Positions 37,144 through 50,800 of a DNA stretch of 64,000 nt are shown one piece after another. The stretch is taken from positions 14,080 through 78,079 of the forward strand of contig JAQGDQ010000947.1 of NCBI GenBank assembly GCA_030141605.1, read 5' to 3'. The DNA is from Tubiluchus corallicola (Eukaryota; Animalia; Priapulida). Every line of letters starts with the position of its first letter. The first letter of the stretch is position 1. Made by a program: the position numbers and the translations under genes. A model generated the notes under the pieces. It saw only the letters and a program-made list of their open reading frames with translations, had not been told where the DNA came from and did no database searches.

Positions 37144-38224
37144 AAAGGATTTTTTATTTTATGTTCTTTAATCATATATTTCACCAACACGGGACATAAT
37201 TACAAATACACATAGACATTTTTTTCTCCAAATATGCCACAAATTTCCATTTTACGGAAAAATAACTTTATCCGTCGAGATGGGGTAAGGAAAGACCGTA
37301 GGTCATCTAGTCACTCACCCCTCATAATTTAATATTGTAATAGCAGAAAAAAGAATTGATGACAGAGGATGCAATTATTGTTAATTACTCAAATAAAATA
37401 ATCAAAATAAAGCAATAACAAAAAGAAAAATATAAAAACAAACATAACAACAATAGCATAAGTGAAAAAAATAATAACAAATGAAGATTACTATTTTACA
37501 GTAATGGTTTTTGTGAAGCCAAGTTTGCATAATCACCTATACCTATATATACTGACTGGATTTACTTTCTAGTCACTGTCTCAGTCTCAGTGCAGTGCAG
37601 CAGTCATGCTAATCATGTTCCTGTCTAACTCTCAGTGATCAGTGCAGGACACTATTGTTCTCAGTGTTCAGTGTAGCAGTCATTCTAGATATGTCTATGT
37701 AGTCTAATAAATGCTTTTCAGTTTTGTGCAAATATGTACTATCTACAACCTCAAACATGACTTTCACAAATGTTGTAATTTGTGTAGATTTCCCATATTA
37801 AACGAATTTGCACTGAATATTAGATTCACAAATAAGAAATAAAGCTTATAGTACATTAGTTATAAGCAACAACAAGAATTTTACTGCAACTTACTGTATC
37901 ATTCGTCATAGCAACAATGATTACGTAAACTGTTGCAGAGCCCTTCGGGGCTTGCAAAGAGAAACTCTGACAGCGAAACAGTAAAAAGAGATGAGGATGA
38001 ACTTGCTAGTAATGACATGCAAAAGAGAGAAAAGGGCAAAGATTGAAAGAATGATAATCCTGACCATGTTAACTACAGACTCGATTACCAGAGAGCTGCA
38101 GCGTGAGACTTGCCGCAAAAATGGAGATAAATTACATGCGTATTCCATATTTGGAAGAAGCGACAGATTACGAAGTTATGTTATTACACCACTTTTTATC
38201 TTCCACTTCTTGCAGTACTTTTTA

Positions 38225-38470
38225 TTCTAAGTTATTATTATTCATAGTAGCTAAAAGTATCCCTTTTAATACTTATTTTCAAGGTAGAAATACTTTTAGT
38301 TTCCTTAGTTACTTGTTGTATATCATTCCATACTTTGGGGCCTTGGTGTTTTAAAGTGTTTATTATAAAGCGATTTGTCACATACAATGGCACGTAGAAT
38401 TCATTACATTTAGTGTTATAAATGGACTGTGTCAATTTGACTGGATTATTACAGAAAGAAGGATACAAAT
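38225..38470 (-). mobile_element. CR1/L2-group LINE ORF2 3' fragment
   Basis: YNTK..FYVP..TN..TLKHQGPKVWNDI..KETKSISTLK, a typical ORF2 C-terminal motif. Confidence 0.65.
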
Positions 38471-38672
38471 TAAGTAGGGATTGTAATATAGTGGGGCAGG
38501 CAACAAAGAGAAAATAATTTGACTAAATAAAAGATGTACAAATTACAAAGCCTTAACTGCTTAATTATTTAGATATTTTCCACTAACTGTTTAGAAAAAT
38601 GAGGAATAATCAATTTTTGGTTGAATACAGTGGTACCTTTTCTGTCTGTGCTCTACGTCTCTGGAATAACTT

Positions 38673-39034
38673 CAGGGCCTATTTCAGGGGGGGGAGTGGG
38701 GATACTTCCCCGGGGCCTCACGCCAAGGTAACATTTTTTGTTTTATGCGAACATACTGCCTCCTCTCTCTCTCTCTTGCCGCACGCGCACCGTTTGCCAG
38801 TATTGAGAAGTCTTAAGGACTGGTCTTGAGAATAAAGCAGTTTTTCTTTCAATTGTTCTTTCCTTTAACAATTGTATAACTCCATGTTTTCTCTACGAAA
38901 ATGCTTCTCCGGCGTTCTAGCAATTCAAAAATTTTCTGGGTGCCAACCACGGTAGTGCCCGCCCCCGGCATCCCCCCAATGGGGCCTCTCACGCCCCATT
39001 TCCCCGGGCCTCGCCTAGGCTGAAATAGGCATTG
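38673..39034. mobile_element. hAT MITE inserted in an L2-like LINE 3' end
   Basis: TIRs cagggcctatttcag / ctgaaataggcattg; perfect 8-bp TSD aataactt. Flanks rejoin as FSVCALRLWNNLP...SLDRFK. Confidence 0.88.
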
Positions 39035-39293
39035 AATAACTTACCTGTTGCCATACGTTCCACAAATTCATTAGATCGTTTTAAACAATGTCCTAAAACA
39101 CATTAGTTTAAATTGTACTTTTTACGGTGAATTATTTTTAATTTTTAATGTTTTTTAAATTTTATGTTTCTTATGAACTTTAAATGTATTTTATTATTGA
39201 GATTTTATATGATGCAGTGCACTACGTGAATAAATGTTATACTACACGACATTCCATTATACCCTGGAGATCCTCTTGCTGAAAGATACCCAC

Positions 39294-39374
39294 CTGCTGG
39301 TCCAATAGGAATGCTGGAATGCCTGGGATGTTCAAATCCATCGTAAAATGTATCATCAATCACCCCTAGAGCAT
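39294..39374 (-). CDS. TAB2: TAB2/3-like coding exon 5
   Basis: ttcag|AT..G|gtgggt; ALGVIDDTFYDGFEHPRHSSIPIGPA (FYD motif as in TAB2); phase 1-1. Confidence 0.78.
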
Positions 39375-40656
39375 CTGAAAAAAATCAAAACAGAATTCAG
39401 TAAATGCAACTATGGCACCTTCATCACGTTTACCATATAACAAACACATAAAAATTTGTAAGAAATAAAATAAGTACGAATCAATTAAGTAAATATTCTA
39501 TGTTTTCGAATACGGATATTTCCAAGTTCTTGTCTTCCCAAATGCAGCGCATTGCGTTAGCAGCTTTAATGTTTTAGACTTCATAAAACATAAAAGTATT
39601 AGTTTGCTCTGCAGAAATGTGTACAGTAACAAGTCTTTTCACAGTTGCAGCGATTGCATGATGATCGTGAAGAAGCCAAAGGTTAAGTGTACAACGATTT
39701 GTTTACACTTGACAAAGCCTCGCAGCCCATGCTATTGTAATACTGACAGTATTAACAGTTAGCTAGAACCTTACCCAGTTCATTTTTTCTTATTCCCAAG
39801 CAAAATCCTGCTAGTAAATCAGTCTACACACAGAGTAGTGCACAAAACAACTAAAGTTACGGAACTGATGCAACGGACGGCTTTGTTTTACAGACACCTC
39901 ATGTGATTATTGTAGAAACGCTGGTGTTGTACATTTAACTTTTGCGAAACTGCGAAACGCTTATTATATGTGCTACATAAGAGAATTTGCATTGTATTCC
40001 AGTTCAAATTGTCGAAGAACAGATATTGCGATCCCCTGTAAATCTTAAACAAAGCAAGGATAACATAAAAGAACTATTACAAGTAATTATATATTTCATG
40101 TAAAACTTTAAATATGTGTTCTGTAAGTCACTTGTATATGGTAGGTCTATAAGAACTAACAATAAATCATTGCAATGTTTATTTTGTCTGTGGAAGTTTC
40201 AGAATAAAGTTTATGTAACTTTGAGAAATGAGCATAACCGAGTAAGTCGCACTGGCTAGAACACCAGAATTACATACTCTGCACTCGCTGTGTGTACAAA
40301 ACCGATGAAAAGATAAGCAGGCTTGTTTAGATGAAGATAAACATAATCGGTGCCTTTTCTTTCTTTACACATCACATATTTTTTTAGGAAAGACTCTTTC
40401 CTGGTGGCTGGTGTTTCCCCAACCAACTGCCATCCGGTGGATTCTATCCTGCCAATGATTGTCTCGTACGAGTTCCAGTTTCTTCGTTTTCCACTTTTCT
40501 TTCCAAAATTCTTTCGTTTTAGAAATGACAAACCAATCGGCGGGTTGTGTTAGATCTGTCGCATTTGAAATGCAGACTAATTACACCCAAATAGTGTAGC
40601 ATTTTTTGCTGCATCAGAACCAGAATTTTGTGTATAAATACAAAGTGTAAACTTAC

Positions 40657-40744
40657 ACTCTCCCTCTATGTCTATTTTCTTTATCATACACTGTGTCAAG
40701 ATGCGTAGTTCTGTATTCTCTTTACGCAGATTGGATAAATCAAA
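40657..40744 (-). CDS. TAB2: TAB2/3-like coding exon 4 (coiled coil/TAK1-binding region)
   Basis: FDLSNLRKENTELRILTQCMIKKIDIEGE; compare TAB2 [20 protein letters not shown]. Confidence 0.87.
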
Positions 40745-40981
40745 CTGAAAAGAAACAATCTCAATATTAATTTCAGCTCGAAGAATCTGCAAGTCTAGTT
40801 AGCCAATTGCATTTTCGCCAAAAACAAAGAAAAGTACGACATTGCTACAGGCTTCGTTAAGAGTTTTAAATATGGAGTAACAACGAATTCAGTAACAGTA
40901 ACATTAGTACTGCTTTGTGCTACATGTAACGTGCATGTTTTCATTATAAAATGTTCCGTTTTAATTAAAAAAATCAAAATA

Positions 40982-41698
40982 CAGTATATACTTATGTACA
41001 AGTCGAATTTTTGACAGACAATTTTAAGGTGAAATTTTTGGGGTCGACTTATACTTGCGGTATGTTTTTGGGAGATGTCGCTAAAGAGTCGTCTACAATA
41101 CGAATATCTAAAGAAATAATCCTTCATTATACGCTGAACTGAATGAACACTCATACTGTGATACTTCACATCAGAGAATGTTCGCATCTTGACATTACTT
41201 CACAAAATTGACAAATATTACTGTAATTTATTTTAATGTATGTGAAATTAAGTTAAAATTTATATATTACCGGTAAATAAACTAGCGACGGAGCACTCGA
41301 TCAGAACATGGAAATCGCCAATGACGTTACTGAATAAAACTGTTACGTTTCAGGTATGGGTTTTTAGTTTTAAGGGAGAAATCAACGTCTGAAATGTTAC
41401 GACGGATGCTGGCCGCGATATCCTAGCGTTAATATCTATATATATATATATAGATAGATAGATATAGATATATATACACACACACATATACATCTGGTAG
41501 GTATAATATACTCGGCCCAGGCACTTGCATGTGTCTTGCACACTAACACAGTAGGCTATTGATTTATTACTTGGTCATTGTTGACATCATTTACTCTGGA
41601 AGATCTTATAAAATGTAATATAGAAAATGATGCAATTTTTGGTCTTAAAATGCACATCGACTTGTACATAAACTCAACTTGTTCACACGTATGTACGG
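40982..41698. mobile_element. Degenerate pogo-type MITE
   Basis: TA|cagtatatacttatgtacaagtcga ... tcgacttgtacataa...gtacgg|TA. Confidence 0.55.
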
Positions 41699-41719
41699 TA
41701 AGTGAATTAGCAATAAATT

Positions 41720-42423
41720 AAAAAGTGTACTTTTCTAAATCACACGAGTCTGTTTATTTGCAAAAACTACATAAAATTCCTTCAAAGTCAACTGCTTCAT
41801 TTTATCGCGAAGAAGTCGGCACACAAAGTTCGCATAATGATAAAAATGTTGAAAATCTGTTATGTGATGCACAAATTCTCGTAAAATACTTAGTGCTTGG
41901 CGTGCTTAAACTGTTGATGGTACCAGTAGCTTCGTCTTTAGTTTCGCTTAAGCTTCCGCTTGCTATAATTGTGACGCACTTACTGTACTGTACCTGCGTC
42001 CCTGGCATAACAGCAACATCTAACTGATTAAACTTTCTGGCAAAAGCAGACAACTAAGCAAGTGATTAAATGTTTAGCTTCCTGGAATTCTTGGGTAACG
42101 AGGTTAATTGCAGTGGACAGGCGGGTCAAAGGAATCATTAGTCTAGCATATTGACGCATGATAAACGTTGTTGCTTACAAACAGAACGGTACTTAACATG
42201 ATTGTTTCTATGAATATTACAGGACAAAAGCGAACTAAGCTGATATAAAAGTCATAAAAGCTTGTAAGCGAAGCAAAAACATTGAGTCAATTATGCGGAG
42301 TTATTTGAGTCATTTACCGACAGTTTTTATGTACATTTGAATAGAAGCGGCCCGTTCAAGGCGCTTTTGAGTCAATTAAGCGACTGAGTCTGCGAACCGT
42401 GAGTCTATTAAGCGACACCTACC
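41720..42423 (-). mobile_element. Family A Tigger/pogo deletion derivative retaining the transposase C-terminal relic
   Basis: 41790-41900 matches 17680-17790; 42058-42200 matches 18648-18790; ends in a family A TIR. Confidence 0.78.
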
Positions 42424-43356
42424 TTACTGTCACGTTGCTACGGTTGCGAGTCACAATGAATCATAGTTTTATTATAGTTTAACAATGGTCAAATTTCTAG
42501 CAAGTAAGGAAGCAAATGTCATTATATTATTATACATATAATGAAATTTGTGTGGTTTTATACACTATAACAACACAAACTTAACACAAATAAATTTAAC
42601 CAGTTGTCGCGTATACAAGCTAATAGACATTATACAAAAAAATATTGGAGATCTACTGAAATTCACTGTTGATGGTGCAAACTTCAATACGATAGAAAGA
42701 ATTTAAAGTCCTTATGGTTTTAGCATTAAGTGAACGGTATCTACGGCCAGAGGGGACTATTTCAAAATACTGAATACCTGGATAACACTTATTATTCCTG
42801 ATATTTCATCAGACAGAAAATAATTAAACTGTGTTGGTTTTGCATTTGGGCTGCATAAGCAGAATAAATGCGTATAAAATTACCACATTAAGGAACTGGC
42901 AATATCTGTGTGTCAGAAAACTGTATCTACAGTCCAGACACATTGCATTCCATTCAAATCTATCTATTATATTAATATTCTTGGTATATATATATAAGAT
43001 TCGAGGCTACAGCTTGGACGACGGCACCATTTGCGGCGATCTATACATCAAACGAAAGGTCTCGATCCAGTGTCGTCTCATTGGGGGTTAATTTTTCGAA
43101 TCGGGCCCACTGGGACGAACGGGGGGCGAAATACATTATTGATTCTGAACTGCTGCCTGTGAAAATCTAACTCACTGTTTTAAATAAATACTAAATAACA
43201 CATAATAGGATACAGGAAATTCTTTTTCATTTTTTTCTGGCACGCTTGAAATTTTTCTGTGTATTACGTTATGTTACAACGTTATGTATTATGTTATGGT
43301 ACAACGTTATGTATTACGTTATATTTTTTATGTTTTAAAATCTATATAAAACTTAC

Positions 43357-43511
43357 AATAGGCAGCCCGACTTGTTCATCTTTGCACTGCTTTCTTAGAC
43401 AATCAGCTTCCAGTTGATTCACCTGGCTTCTCAATGCCTCACGTCGTCTCATCGCCTCCTCAACCTCCGCCGCCATCTTGTCCCGCCTTGTCTTCTGATG
43501 CAGTAGAAGAG
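43357..43511 (-). CDS. TAB2: TAB2/3-like coding exon 3 (coiled coil)
   Basis: ALLLHQKTRRDKMAAEVEE...; compare TAB2 YTQALLVHQKARMERL. Confidence 0.92.
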
Positions 43512-43547
43512 CTGCAAGAAATTTTATACTCAAGCAAGTTTAAGATG

Positions 43548-43945
43548 TCTAAAAGTACATATGACAGGGGGACTGCATATGTAATTTAAACATCTTTTAA
43601 ACTTGCTTGACGACAGGGGGACTGCATATGTGCTTGATGACAGGGGGACTGCATATGTACTTTAAAATTCTTTTAAACTTGCTTGATGACAGGGGGACTG
43701 CATATGTACTTTAAACATCTTTTAAACTTGCTTGATGACAGGGGACTGCATATGTACTTTAAACCCCCTTTTAAGCTTGCTTGATGACAGGGGGACTGCA
43801 TATGTACTTTAAACATCTTTTAAACTTGCTTGATGACAGGGGACTGCATATGTACTTTAAACATCTTTTAAGCTTGCTTGATGACAGGGGGACTGCATAT
43901 GTGCTTTAAACATCTTTTAAGCTTGCTTGATGACAAGGGGACTGT
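43548..43945 (+). repeat. ~49-bp minisatellite, ~8 copies
   Basis: Unit gacagggggactgcatatgtactttaaacatcttttaaacttgcttgat. Confidence 0.93.
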
Positions 43946-44162
43946 CATACAAACTACTTCTAATTGGTATGATATACTGGTATGGCTATGTTGGTATCAC
44001 ACAATGAGGCACATTAAAAAGGCACAGTGAGGCAAATGTGGAAATAGAAACTCTAAAATACTGTACTTACAATAAACATTCTTATATACAGCAAACAAAT
44101 AATGAGACAGGTTCACAAGATTAGAAGGACAACAAACTCAAAGCACATATAAAGCTGCTTAC

Positions 44163-45282
44163 CTTGTGTATATGAGAACTCTTCTTCACTCATAGGTTGA
44201 ACATTGATATACTCGGGTTCATGTGAGAAATGTACTGCAACATTGGATAGCGAAACATTCTGTCCGGAACTGACGGCATGGGGCAATTGCACAACAGCTG
44301 AAGGACTCTGATTCATCATAGCGCGACTTTCTGGCGCACTTGTCCTCCTTACTTGCTGTGATATGATACCACTTCCAGGGGGTGCCCCTGTCCTAAGATC
44401 ATGCAGCGGCAAATCGTACACTGGGTTATCGTAAGCTCCAATGTGATGCGGATTTTGCGGCGAGCCGGGCAGCAAATCGGCAGGTGGATTAGTTGGCGTG
44501 TTCGGATTCGACAATTGAATTTTCACTCCAGACCTGTATTGCGGTTGACTCGTGCCTGGTGGAGGCGACACACCTGTAATTACATGTATAGGTCTTGTCA
44601 ACTGTTCAGGTACTGGTTCCAGTCCTTTCTGCACACGTACACTCAAAGACGAGCTATGCTGTAGATGAGACGGATTATGTAGTTGCACAGCAGGCGAGCT
44701 GCCATAGTTACCTGACAATGTATTACCAGTGTTGCTTACATGTCCATAAGCAGGAATAAGCTGACTCTGCCCTACATACGGATTTGAAATTTTCCCTACC
44801 TGCGGACCAGCCATGTTATTATTGTTCAACATTAAATTATATGGCTCATTAATGTTAGTCACATTGACCGTATTGGTCGAGCTCCGAGACTGACTAGCAT
44901 CACCGTGCATTGCTCTAGGAAAACGATGAACCTGTGAATGCACTGGACTATGGTGTGTAAAACCGGAATTGATCTGTGACTGCTGCACCGACGAAATGAC
45001 GGGAACGTTCTCGACACCGTGAATGCTACCAACCTGGTAGACTTGAAATTCTGAGGGCGTAAGCACGTCTGGTTGTTTCTGCACAGGACTGTAGGCATGA
45101 TTTTGAGTCCAGTTAGCCGACGGACTGTGGATTTGGCCAGCTCGTGGACGTGTACTGGCATTTAGCGGCAAATCCATTTGATTCCGTCTGTAAGATGGCG
45201 GCAGATTTCTTTCAGATGCATACATGTAACTGTTGCTCATCTCTGTAAGGAGGGCTAAGCATTTGCTCCGATTATATTGAGC
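44163..45282 (-). CDS. TAB2: TAB2/3-like coding exon 2 (CUE C-half plus P/S/Q-rich linker)
   Basis: 1120-nt open exon, AQYNRSKCLALLTEMSNSYMY ... EEEFSYTQ, AG/GT bounded. Confidence 0.92.
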
Positions 45283-45728
45283 CTGCATTAAAAACATACA
45301 AATGTAGTGCAACAAAGTGATTTTTGCCGTAAGAACAATCAGCCGTGCATAAAATTAGTGCAACAATAGGTGTGTACTAGCAGCACAAGGGATTCATATC
45401 CTGACCACTAATCTAACATGCAACAGGGACACAACAAGTTTCAATCAAGAATTCTAGATCACATGCAGTTAAAATAAGTACCAACCTAAGCACCATGAAC
45501 TCAGAAGTTTGGCTACAGTTCATCAAGGTATCAAGGAACATAAGTAAGACAGAAAAAAATGAAAGAAGAATCAAAATGAATCAACGAACAAACTACAATG
45601 GCAACACACTCTTCATGTTCAGACTAGAAAGCTAGGTAGTAGTAGGATGATAACCAAGTAAGAAAAACATGAACAAAAACAAATATCAACCTCGTACTTG
45701 TGAATGAACAAAATGACTGTCGTGTTAA

Positions 45729-46322
45729 AGCAAAACCGGACCCAATGTTAAACTGTAAGTCAAAACAATCTACTCTTTAAAATATTGAATGGAAACACAA
45801 TTTTTTTCGAAAAATGACTTACGAAAAAGAATTATTACTGCACAAACGCAATTTCACGTTTGCGCCACTAGTTCTTCGCTGTTACACGCACTTCGCCATT
45901 CGCTGGTTAAACAAGCATTAGCACCTGCATTTCAGAAACGCATTGCACAAAAACAAGTGCTGTACCTCTCAGTTCAGATGTGTTAGGTTGTGATGAACTA
46001 CACATGTTTGATGGCTCATCTGTGAGCACAGCGGCAAATTCGAAATTTCATCTTAAAACTTGCCTAGTTTTTGTACAACACACCGTATGTCTTACAGTAG
46101 CACTGTATGTCAATTTTCGCTTTCGCAAATACGTACAACACGCTCTTGGAATATTTTTGCTGTTGGAAATTATGTCAGTTTGTGATCTGTCATCAATAGT
46201 TGGGCTCGCCCGTCGTTAATTAAGTTTTTAATCTATTATTTAATTATCAGAAAGGCTTTTGCAGTATTAAGTGTGTTAAAATGTATACTTTTTATCCGAC
46301 TTGAATAATTATCCTGTCTTCT
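45729..46322. mobile_element. Kolobok-like element, second copy
   Basis: TTAA|agcaaaaccggacccaat...; colinear with 28649-29175. Confidence 0.7.
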
Positions 46323-46896
46323 TTGAAAAATAGAAAACACACGGACATAACATAATATAAGGTTTAAGGCACTTTCTTCTAATGAGGAAAAGACAGATGT
46401 TTAGATGTACAAAATAGCCTTAGAAGTACCACAAATGATCACATGCAAAGAAGCTGGACTACCAAAAATCAACAGTACAATTCAGTAAATAAAAGAGACA
46501 TCTGAGACTGACACACATTAAATAAATCATCAAGGCAGACTAAGCAGAGGGAACTACCACAAGTTATTTTAGTTTTCGAAAAGCCCAAGGTTAGAACTTA
46601 TACCAACTTTCTTGGCATGAATAAGCTTAAATGAAAAATGCAAAGACGACGTCAGAAATTACAATCCGAAACTAAAAGCTGTAGCTGCTGTTTTCTGAAA
46701 TAACAGCAGGTAAATTTCAAAAATCCCCCGAGCAAATTCTAATGATAAAATAGACGAATCAGAGAAAATATTTATCAGCTGAATACAATTTCCTTGTAAA
46801 ACTGGTTGCTGTAATGATAGCATTTATTTTAAATTAAGGTTACTTGCTTATTTTTTCACATGGGTCTTTTCCCCATTTTTATTGTTTGCAACGTAC

Positions 46897-46992
46897 TTTA
46901 GTGATACAGCGAACAATTTCATTATCTGGAATGGTAGAAAACTGGTTTTTCATTTCTTGAAACAAGGCTGAATAATCCATAACATCTCCCAT
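46897..46992 (-). CDS. TAB2: TAB2/3-like coding exon 1 (CUE N-half)
   Basis: MGDVMDYSALFQEMKNQFSTIPDNEIVRCITK|gtacgt; compare TAB2 [22 protein letters not shown]. Exon acceptor at 47051. Confidence 0.85.
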
Positions 46993-47313
46993 GATGGTTT
47001 CTACACGTCACTTCATTTCTGAATTATCAGAATACCGAAGATAATGAACACCTGGAAAAAAGATGGACTCTGATTACTCAAGTACTGCCAGTTGTAAATA
47101 TTTTATTAGAATTCAAAATATCTAGTTTCCAGAGGTTGTAATTATAATATCTTGATCGCCGTGTACTTTTTAGTGTGATGCATGAATTTATCATAAAGTT
47201 TTAAAAATTATAATTTGACATTCATTCAAAGGTGATGGTACCACCTGCTTTAACATAAGACGCTGAAAAAATGCAAAACTTAGCTGAATTTCAACTCATG
47301 AACTTCACCTTAA

Positions 47314-47853
47314 AGGAAAACTGGATGATTGTTTAGACTCATTCTCATTTTAATTTACTGTCCAAAATATACATTTTCTTCCCTTTAAAAGTTAACAATT
47401 GTTCCTTATATTTGAATAATTAGCTTAGAAAGTTAATTAACGGCAACCGAACACAGCTATTGCTTACGTCAGAAACTAACCACAGTTTGCGCAATGGCAG
47501 GTGTCTTCCCTTGCTCGTCAAGCACATTTGCATAGGTGTTACAGCACTGTTTAAACACATGATGTCACGAAAAATGTGCTCTACGTCATATAACGTCAGA
47601 AACTAACACAGCAGTTCATGATCATGCTTATCACGGTACCGCCTTCTATTTGTCGGCCACGCGAATGTGACAAAAAAGGTGCCTTCGCCTATTTTAGTAG
47701 ATTCACTGAGCCGTGCGTAGCTTTGAAAATTTGAGGATTGGAAGTAATTATTATTTAATCTAAGCTTTGATTTAAAAAAAGTTATTGTAGTTTTCAATAT
47801 TTTACAGCATTCTTTATTCTGAACTCCTGCTTACACCATCGTCCGGTTTTCTT
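47314..47853. mobile_element. Kolobok-like element, related family
   Basis: TTAA|aggaaaactggatgat ... atcgtccggttttctt|TTAA. Confidence 0.75.
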
Positions 47854-50800
47854 TTAATATAAAAGTTGTTCACCAATTGAGTTTTTTCATTAGATAGCCA
47901 CAGTGCTGATGTTCGTATAAATACCTATAGTTCAATAGTTCATAGAACAATCAACAAATTCACCTATCAGTACACCTTTTCAATAAATATTATGCAGGTA
48001 GTGAAACTTGCAGCTCTTACCTGTTGGAAATCAAATGTCGACCAATGCCAAGTCCAACACTCACAAGAGCAGCTCTTAACTAAAATAAACAATTGAGCGT
48101 ACTGATTTGTTTTTTAAGTAATACTTACGTACAGCTAAAGAAAGAACAGTACGACAACTGCATAAATTTGAAATCCACCAGTACGTTGCTGCTGCCAGGG
48201 CACTGAGCCAGCAGGAGAAATAACTATGCAAGGACATTTTCAGGATAAAGTCAAAATACTGTGACAATATGTGTAAATACGTACTACAACTTTGCATGGA
48301 TTATAGAATCGCGAAATTTACACAAACGTTAACTTAAAACCAAAGACCAGATATATATACTTCAGTATTGGCTTCAAAGGCTGCTTTGATCTACAGTTGT
48401 CTTGTAAAATCTCTGTGACTATATTTGTGATTACTTTTGTCATACAAAGCTGGTCTAATCTCCACCGGGTGTACGATTTGTTCATCATCCATTATGAAAA
48501 TGAACTTGTCCATCCGCAGAAAAAAGGTTTGGCAACCAAAGTGCAGATCAATGTGAGTACGTGGCTTTCCATTCGCACACAATGGAAACGACAAACACGG
48601 AAAGTAATGTGACAAGCAGGTTTCAGTACAAAGGCAAGCTACTGAGTTTAATGGTTTGCATGCTATTGCTTCACTTTTTTCCGTGCGAGTCGTACAGAGT
48701 GGAAACCAGGAATAATGACACTCAGCGTGGAACTTGGGCAATTGTTTTTGAGAAGGCCAGTGCGTCATTTCGCGTCCGACGGCCTTTCTGTGATGCTTTT
48801 GCTACTAATCTCATAAGACGATATAAGAAAGTGCACTTTAAATACGAACGCGAAATTCTAAAGGGCTAGAAATTATATCAGGACACGATAATCAACTTGC
48901 TGCTGTGGCAAAAGCGGCAAAAAACAAGCTAGAATACCAATATACTAAAATAATGTCTTTTTCGCTAAAAGACCAATTGTTAGTTCAATATAAATTTTAT
49001 GCTAAACTACCTGATTTAGATACGAGTATCTTTAAAGTAGAAATGGAATTGCACCGGTAATACCGTAGTATTTAAAGTCAATATAAAATTTTAATAAATT
49101 AAGATGTAAACAGCAAAGCAATATCCGCAAGAACCCTAAAATTGAAAAAAATGAAACTTGAAACTTAGGTTAAAGTTAAGCACATTTATTTCCTGATACA
49201 ATTTGTGTTATAGAAATTAGAATTAATTAGGAATCATCAAAAACCAAAAATTAAATCACATTTGAAAGCAAAAATCTTAAGTTAACATAAAAGCACACAA
49301 ATTTAATCGTATTTGGTCATATTCTTTATATATTACATTATTTACCAATTACGGAAGTTTTTATAGTTGTCGATAGAGGACACTAGCTAATCACAACCAT
49401 AAGTTTTCCCGCTAAATTAAAAGTGGCTGTTCATCATCTTCGTAGTAGGATACGCAGTTTATTATTATCTCTGTGGCTGTCATTGGGTACAGCACATTAG
49501 GATAGGAAAAGCAGCGCAAATACGAATTGGGTCTAAACGTTAACTTAGTTTCGTAGCCGCGAAGAGCCCAGCAAAGTATTAGTGGGCATTGGCTCATAGT
49601 CATTATCAATATCAACAATAATCATTTCTCAAAAAGTGATCCGTTGTAGTTGATAATATCTTTGTAGTATTAGAATTAGAATTAGAAATTTAACTGAATA
49701 AGTAATAACATTATTGAAGTTTCAACTTTTGGGGATGTATGTTAAATTCAGTTGGTGATTACTGCTTAGGATACATTGTTGCTATGGTATAGATGCATGT
49801 GCTAAAGTAAAGAAATTGTGTTAGTGAAACTGTTGTCATGTGTAGACTGCCCCTTTGCGTTTTCATATTATCGATGGATTTAGGGCCCTGTTAGCATAGA
49901 TTTACACCATAAACACTGAAAATGAAGAACATTTTTGAATGTTGGCACTCAAAATTTCTCTTTGATTTTCCACTTGCAGAGTTAGTTATTACAGTCAAGA
50001 GATTGCTTATTTTAGTCTGGTTTGCTGTTTTGCAGACGTCATATCATTCACTAATTACTTATTTTTTTGTACAGCTTGGCACTTTGCAAGCTTGTAAGTT
50101 GTATTCAGCATACAACACTTCTTCTTCCCAGCTTTTCCCTATTCGGGTCGCCGTTCAGGAATGAGTCTTCTCCACACATTCCTGTTGTTGACCTTCTCTT
50201 CATTTATGTCTTCAATTCCCACAAGATCTTCACCGACTCTTCTTTTCAGGTGTCCATACCATCGCAATCTTGCGAGGCTTCCACTACTTTTACTGTTCCT
50301 CTGATATTATTATTTCTAATTTTATCTCCTCTTGTTATTCCCACCATTCAGCATACAACACTAGCGCCTACTTAAGTGTGTTAGTAGTTTTGGCAGAACT
50401 AAAGACTATACATTAAAAGGACAATCCATCTGTGATACTGAATCAGTACAAGCGTCTTATTTACACCAAAACTTGTGTATATACAGTACATTCTCCCGCA
50501 ACGTGACGTAGTGGAAACTGTATGTTTGATGAATAAGTCAACCAGAAAAGGTGTTCCTGGTCACCCACTACCGATCTTCTCTAGTAACTAGACCAAGCAC
50601 TGCTTAACTTTGAAAATAAGCACACACCGTGACCATTGGCAGCAGTGTTGTTATCACACTGGGTTTGGAGCTTCTTTAAGTTTTATTATGTAAGTTACTT
50701 ACGCTGGCATTATATTATAAATGTATAATTGTATACTCACAAGAATAGTTTTTTAAGTATTTGCTAAAACAGTACATTTTGAAGTCAATTACTCAGTTAT

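Noticed and set aside
37905-38170. Purine-rich, exon-like stretch antisense in a TAB intron
   Set aside because: In-frame stops in the most protein-like frame and no recognisable family.
40256-40531. 91-aa ORF MSFLKRKNFGKK... in a TAB intron
   Set aside because: Non-ATG start and out of phase with TAB exon 4; the overlapping frame is reported as a finding instead.
50545-50630. Weak resemblance to reverse-complemented 5S rRNA (ggtcaccca...ctgcttaactt)
   Set aside because: Too degenerate and partial to call a gene; at best an old 5S-derived SINE or pseudogene.
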